A stretch of DNA of 32,000 nt, taken from contig NJBF01000020.1 in the NCBI GenBank assembly GCA_003144275.1, positions 1 through 32,000 on the forward strand. Reading direction: 5' to 3'. The DNA comes from Candidatus Heimdallarchaeota archaeon B3_Heim. GTDB taxonomy: Archaea; Asgardarchaeota; Heimdallarchaeia; Hodarchaeales; Hodarchaeaceae. Each line of letters starts with the position of its first letter. Within the stretch, counting starts at the first letter, position 1. The notes under the pieces were generated by a model. It was not told the origin of the DNA. It saw only the letters and a program-made list of their open reading frames with translations, and ran no database searches. The position numbers were made by a program, and so were the translations under genes. Below are positions 27,624 to 32,000 of the stretch, piece after piece.

Positions 27624-28679
27624 TTAGCTATACCTGATCCGTGGATCAAGGAAAGCATAAGCAATATCCACCACGATGTTCATGAAAATGAGAAGTGATG
27701 AACTAAATAGAACAACACCCATGATAACAGGATAATTTCGAAGTAACAGGGCGTTATATCCATATCGTCCCATTCCTGGCCATGAAAAGATTGTTTCCAT
27801 AATGACCGATCCACCAAATAAACCTGCGAGACTTAATCCGATAACAGTGACGACAGGAATCAGCGCGTTTTTTAATGCGTGTTTATAAATCACAACTTTT
27901 TCTGCTAATCCCTTTGATCTAGCGGTGGTAATATAATCCTGGCGAATAACTTCTAACATGCTAGATCTCGTGATACGAGCATAAAAACCAGCGGAAGCAA
28001 TTCCCATGGCTACGCCAGGTATTATGAGACGTCCCAATGGATTCGCATTATCACGCCATCCCATAGTTATGAATCCCCCATGCAAGGAGTACATATCAAT
28101 AGCGATTAGTTGAATTAATATAAATGCTAACCAGTATCCAGGTGTAGAATATAATGTCAAAGTTACAAATACAAGAACGCGATCAGTAGCCTGGTTATGT
28201 TTTATTGCCGAGATAATTCCCACAATTATTCCTGTTGAACAGGCAAATATCAATGCAGTGATTGCGAGCTGGAGAGTGGCGGGGAAAAGTATAAGCATTT
28301 CCTCAACGATTGGATTTCCGGATTCCCAATTTGTACCAAAATCACCTGTAGCCAGATGTGCAAGCCAAATCAAATACTGGATCCATATAGGATGATTAAG
28401 ACCTAAATCTTCTTTAACTTGTTCATAAGCTTCCATAGCTTCAAATAAGCTGTCACGGTCTTGATGTGCACCCTTTTGCATCTCTGGATTTATTGCTCCT
28501 CCAAAAATCAAAGTTGCTGGATCACCAACCGCGAGAGAAGCAGAGGCGAAAGTAATCATAGTTATTACTATCAGGAGCACTGGAGCAAGTAGTAGTCGTT
28601 TTATAATATATCCTTTTAATCCTGCCATTTTCAACATCATTCCATGGGTGAATAATAAGAAATAATGGTCTTTTAGCAA
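27624..28679 (-). CDS. oppB: Oligopeptide ABC transporter permease OppB/DppB
   Basis: YIIKRLL, GDFG, R.TRSSMLEV..QDYI.TARSKGL, HALKNAL, ETIFSWPGMG, DPRIR. The true start is probably at 28628-28640. Confidence 0.95.
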   Translation of the reverse strand: MLKDHYFLLFTHGMMLKMAGLKGYIIKRLLLAPVLLIVITMITFASASLAVGDPATLIFGGAINPEMQKGAHQDRDSLFEAMEAYEQVKEDLGLNHPIWIQYLIWLAHLATGDFGTNWESGNPIVEEMLILFPATLQLAITALIFACSTGIIVGIISAIKHNQATDRVLVFVTLTLYSTPGYWLAFILIQLIAIDMYSLHGGFITMGWRDNANPLGRLIIPGVAMGIASAGFYARITRSSMLEVIRQDYITTARSKGLAEKVVIYKHALKNALIPVVTVIGLSLAGLFGGSVIMETIFSWPGMGRYGYNALLLRNYPVIMGVVLFSSSLLIFMNIVVDIAYAFLDPRIRYS

Positions 28680-28905
28680 TCAAAACTCATGAAATGAATC
28701 TTCTCATATTCAAAAGACCACTTATTATTCGTAGAGAATTGATCAATGAATATTGCCACTATCCAAAACCTTATTAAAACCTAAAATCTTCTGAGATGGT
28801 TCAAAAAGGTTTTTACTTAAATATTTCTCTTATCAAAAAAGTGATATCACGTATTGGAAGCCTATGTTATAGTTCCGAGTATAAAATAGACATCTGACCA
28901 ATGAC

Positions 28906-28932
28906 AAGAAAAAAAAAGAAAAAAGGGGGGGG
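28906..28932 (-). terminator. C8 + T-tract putative terminator/attenuator after oppA
   Basis: CCCCCCCCTTTTTTCTTTTTTTTTCTT on the minus strand, 12 nt after the oppA stop. Confidence 0.5.
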
Positions 28933-28944
28933 TAGGTTGGAAAG

Positions 28945-30876
28945 TCATGCCCAATAGGAATAAGCGACGTGATATTCGCTATCACGACCAGCTACGAAGT
29001 TATTTAGATGGTCATTGTAGGCAAATGTATCAACATACCAAACTAACGGGATTTTATTCATTGCATGTGTCATGAGGTAACCCGCATCTTCACATGCCTG
29101 AACGAATTGTGCATCAGCATCAGACCATTCTGGCACTGGATACGGATAATCGGCGGGTTCTTCGATCATATAGTCAACATATCCCCATCCGTCAGTAGCT
29201 TTCGCATATGCAATCTCATAATCGATGTTATACCAGCCATAATCAGCATATCCGTAATAAAGCCAGTAAACGAAGGTTTGATAAGCTATGAAATCCCATG
29301 GAGTCTCGTAGTTACCACCATAACCTCCGACAGAGAAGTCGTAGGCTGGACCATTGAAGTTGACATCAGGTTGAGGGCCAGTGGTATTGTAGTCGTATCC
29401 TGCATCCATACCTTCACGAAGGGTATCTAAGTATTGACCAAATTCTTGTAGTTCGATTGTAACATAAATTCCAATCAGAGCAAGATCTTTTTGAATTGCG
29501 ACAGCCCGTTTGGTACAGAAGTCACAGTTCATGGTTGTTAGTAAGAAGTGCCTTCCTTGTATTTGTTTCACACCATCAATTGAAGTTTCATTTGCGTATG
29601 GACCAAAACCAAATCGGTTATCAGGTTCATTATCGAAATCGAGTGCTTCATAACCTGCAGCATCTAATAAATTTTCAGCTTCAGCAAGACCCTGGTCAAA
29701 ATCGTAGTAATCAGATGAATCAATACTTGGGAATTTGTCTAGAATCCAATCGGGGAAGATGTCATCACGTTCATCGGCAATTCCAAGATAAACATTTTCT
29801 ACAATATTTGTTCGGTTAATTGCATGAGAAACGGCTTTTCTGAACCAATCTTGAGAAACTGGGAAGTTACCAAGTCCACCCCAGTAAGTAGGCCAATCAC
29901 CTTGTAGGTTCAAATCTATACCAGCGCCTCCAAGAACAGCGATCTTATAGGCGTCAAATCCTTTTGTGTTAGTAATGCTGTCCAGTTCATCTTGACTGTT
30001 AAATCGACCAGTAGTTACATCTACGCCAGCAGTTTTTAATTCTGCTAATGCAACTGCCTTTTCCTTTACAGTTCGGAATTTAACCTGTTCAAATGCATCC
30101 TCAACTGCAGGGAAGGTAAATTGTTCATCATTACTTGCAGTAAAGGTTTGTCCCCATCCAAACCAGTCGTCGAATCTATCGAAAAGCACATAATCTTGTA
30201 AGGCCGTTTCTTTGAACTTATATGGGCCACAAGATACTGGAGCTTCTCTGAAGGCTTCCATTTTTGCCTGACAAACCTCAGTCGTGTCAGTGTAGGTTCC
30301 TTGAATATTGTAGGGTACAAGCATTAAGAAATTCCACTTACCTTGGATATCAAAGACAAACATAGGATCAGGGAAATAACCATCTGAGAATGTAACTACA
30401 AGGCCATCACCGTTAGGATCGGTAGCGGGGTAGCTAACATTATATCCAGAGTCTAGCCATTCAAGTTCAGAATATGACATATTGTCGTAGTCATAATAAG
30501 CCATATAATTGGCAATCATACTGTATCTGACGGTTTTGGCGTCAAGTACAGATCCATCGTGGAATTTTGCACCTTCACGAAGAGTAAAGGTCCATTCATC
30601 TCCAGCTTCGTTAACCGTAAAGCTCGTAGCCATTCCAGGCATTGTGACAATAGTTTCACCTGGAGCCATCATACCAAGGTATCCTTGGTATTGGTAAGCT
30701 ACGTGTGCGTCATAAGCAGAGTTATGAGAACGGTAACGATTATCAAGGTGTAATATATCTTCTTCGATTTGAACTACAAGCATATCATGTGCTGCAGATT
30801 CTCCAACACATCCACTAAGGATAGATATTGCGAATATTCCTATCAAAGCAAATGTTACACGGTATTTTCCATTCAT
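28945..30876 (-). CDS. oppA: Family 5 extracellular solute-binding lipoprotein OppA/DppA
   Basis: Lipobox-like signal MNGKYRVTFALIGIFAISILSGC, WTFTLREGAKFHDGS, PVSCGPYK, RKAVSHAINR. Start at ATG30876 with a GGAG SD. Confidence 0.92.
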   Translation of the reverse strand: MNGKYRVTFALIGIFAISILSGCVGESAAHDMLVVQIEEDILHLDNRYRSHNSAYDAHVAYQYQGYLGMMAPGETIVTMPGMATSFTVNEAGDEWTFTLREGAKFHDGSVLDAKTVRYSMIANYMAYYDYDNMSYSELEWLDSGYNVSYPATDPNGDGLVVTFSDGYFPDPMFVFDIQGKWNFLMLVPYNIQGTYTDTTEVCQAKMEAFREAPVSCGPYKFKETALQDYVLFDRFDDWFGWGQTFTASNDEQFTFPAVEDAFEQVKFRTVKEKAVALAELKTAGVDVTTGRFNSQDELDSITNTKGFDAYKIAVLGGAGIDLNLQGDWPTYWGGLGNFPVSQDWFRKAVSHAINRTNIVENVYLGIADERDDIFPDWILDKFPSIDSSDYYDFDQGLAEAENLLDAAGYEALDFDNEPDNRFGFGPYANETSIDGVKQIQGRHFLLTTMNCDFCTKRAVAIQKDLALIGIYVTIELQEFGQYLDTLREGMDAGYDYNTTGPQPDVNFNGPAYDFSVGGYGGNYETPWDFIAYQTFVYWLYYGYADYGWYNIDYEIAYAKATDGWGYVDYMIEEPADYPYPVPEWSDADAQFVQACEDAGYLMTHAMNKIPLVWYVDTFAYNDHLNNFVAGRDSEYHVAYSYWA

Positions 30877-31045
30877 TATTAATTCTCCATAAACACAACG
30901 CTCTTGAACAGCTCTATTTGTAGAAGATTGGGAGTGATTGATTTTAATTACTTCGCTCATTCTCTGAGGGACAGAATTCAATGGATCAGTGGAATCATTA
31001 AAAGAGCATGTAGAGTTTCGTGCAAATCCAACCATCAGGAGATTA

Positions 31046-31053
31046 TATATAAA
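31046..31053 (-). promoter_or_regulatory. TATA box of the opp operon
   Basis: TTTATATA on the minus strand, about 170 nt upstream of the oppA start. Confidence 0.55.
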
Positions 31054-31250
31054 TATACCGAACGGTGCTATTGGATCAATCCACTTGGGGAATAGATTTT
31101 TCTCCTTCTAGTATAAAGATAAAAAAGAGAATGCAATTTAAACAAATCTTTTGTAGCAGTATCAGTCTATTTCAAAGGTCTGTAACTAGATTTTACTTAA
31201 AATGTCTCTAATTCATTTTTCCAAGTGTACTTGGAGATATTTTTTTTTTT

Positions 31251-31808
31251 TTGAAGAAAACCAAGATATGTAACAATCAGAAACCATTTATTTCAACCAT
31301 TTTTCAATCAGTTCTTGACCGACTTATGGTGAGTCAAGAAACTAAAAGCATCATGTTTAATGTTTTGCTTTCTGGAATAATTTATGTGTTAATTTACACA
31401 TCACTATTCTATTTCGTGTATCCAATTGATTTGACAGAAAGTTCGAATTATTTAGCGCGTATTTTAGGATCTGCGTTCTTCTTTGGAGCTTTTAGTGGTT
31501 TTTTTACAGGTTTATTTGCTGGTATCCGAGTCAATTATTTGAATTTAAAATCCCCCTTAAGCTCAGGATTGAAAGCAGGATTAATTTCCGTAATTATTGG
31601 ATCAATCCTTTTCCCCCCATTTGGTGCATTTGTACAGGTTAATATCTTTGGCGATAGACCAAGTGCATTTTTATTAAATCTCTCATACCTAACGAATCTA
31701 TCCCTAGTAGGAGTCTGGCCTGGAGCATTTGTGGGAGTCATAACTGGGGCTCTCGGTGGTGTGTTATCTAGTGATATTGTACAATTTCCAAAGGAATCCC
31801 AAAATTAG
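31251..31808 (+). CDS. Gly-rich 4-TM membrane protein
   Basis: TM segments with GxxxG motifs (GAFSGFFTGLFAG, GAFVGVITGALGG). The start is uncertain (TTG31251, ATG31326 or ATG31353). Confidence 0.7.
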   Translation: MKKTKICNNQKPFISTIFQSVLDRLMVSQETKSIMFNVLLSGIIYVLIYTSLFYFVYPIDLTESSNYLARILGSAFFFGAFSGFFTGLFAGIRVNYLNLKSPLSSGLKAGLISVIIGSILFPPFGAFVQVNIFGDRPSAFLLNLSYLTNLSLVGVWPGAFVGVITGALGGVLSSDIVQFPKESQN

Positions 31809-31870
31809 ATGAAGCTCATTAAATTTCAAATCATTCTAGCTTAACAAAAAGTTATCTTGTAGGAAACCTA

Positions 31871-32000
31871 TTATTTATCTTTTTTATCAAAGACTTTTGA
31901 ACAAATTTTATTAATTTCTAAACGAGAAGGAGGTTCTCTCATTCCTCCCTCTCGTGTACGATGAAGGAGAGTTAAATAAGCACAATTTAGAATATCTTCA
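31871..32000 (-). CDS. Possible 3' end of a gene running off the window edge
   Basis: The frame EDILNCAYLTLLHRTREGGMREPPSRLEINKICSKVFDKKDK* is open to the edge, but only 42 codons are visible. Confidence 0.2.
   Translation of the reverse strand, partial: EDILNCAYLTLLHRTREGGMREPPSRLEINKICSKVFDKKDK

Noticed and set aside
30877-31035. 53-aa N-terminal extension of OppA
   Set aside because: The lipoprotein signal and SD are at 30876, and ATG31035 lies upstream of the expected TSS.
4130-31741. Short overlapping or antisense ORFs in the track (e.g. 4130, 5415, 6675, 7939, 10309, 11228, 14679, 15141, 19460, 23194, 26107, 29065, 30509, 31535)
   Set aside because: They are shadows of longer, well-supported genes and show no motifs or SDs.

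Overview
AT-rich archaeal DNA, most likely from an Asgard archaeon. This rests on an archaeosine TGT, archaeal TATA boxes and T-tract terminators, an MglA/Arf-like small GTPase, an arrestin-fold protein and a divergent Cas1/RAMP locus; the taxonomy is inferred. The first ~7.7 kb is an array-less CRISPR-Cas-related locus. A 1339-aa protein on the minus strand appears to be a catalytically dead Ski2/Hel308-like helicase, then a 4-Cys metal site, then a Cas1 integrase with intact catalytic residues. It is transcribed divergently from a translationally coupled operon: PD-(D/E)XK nuclease, PIN-like protein, Cas7-like RAMP, and a Cas5-like RAMP fused to a Cas10-type circularly permuted HD nuclease. 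A hairpin-rich 300-nt gap follows, which is a candidate guide-RNA locus. Next come an orphan ORF and a compact protein that closely resembles the meiotic recombination factor Mnd1/Hop2. The remainder looks like core genome: tgtA, a PIG-L deacetylase, a small GTPase, hutU, a membrane-anchored chelatase-type AAA+/vWA protein next to an arrestin-fold protein, a transglutaminase-like protein, a metzincin protease and an oppABCDF peptide transporter. No CRISPR array, tRNA, rRNA, or TIR-bounded element was seen. All family assignments come from motif recognition by eye and from remembered consensus sequences; no searches were run.
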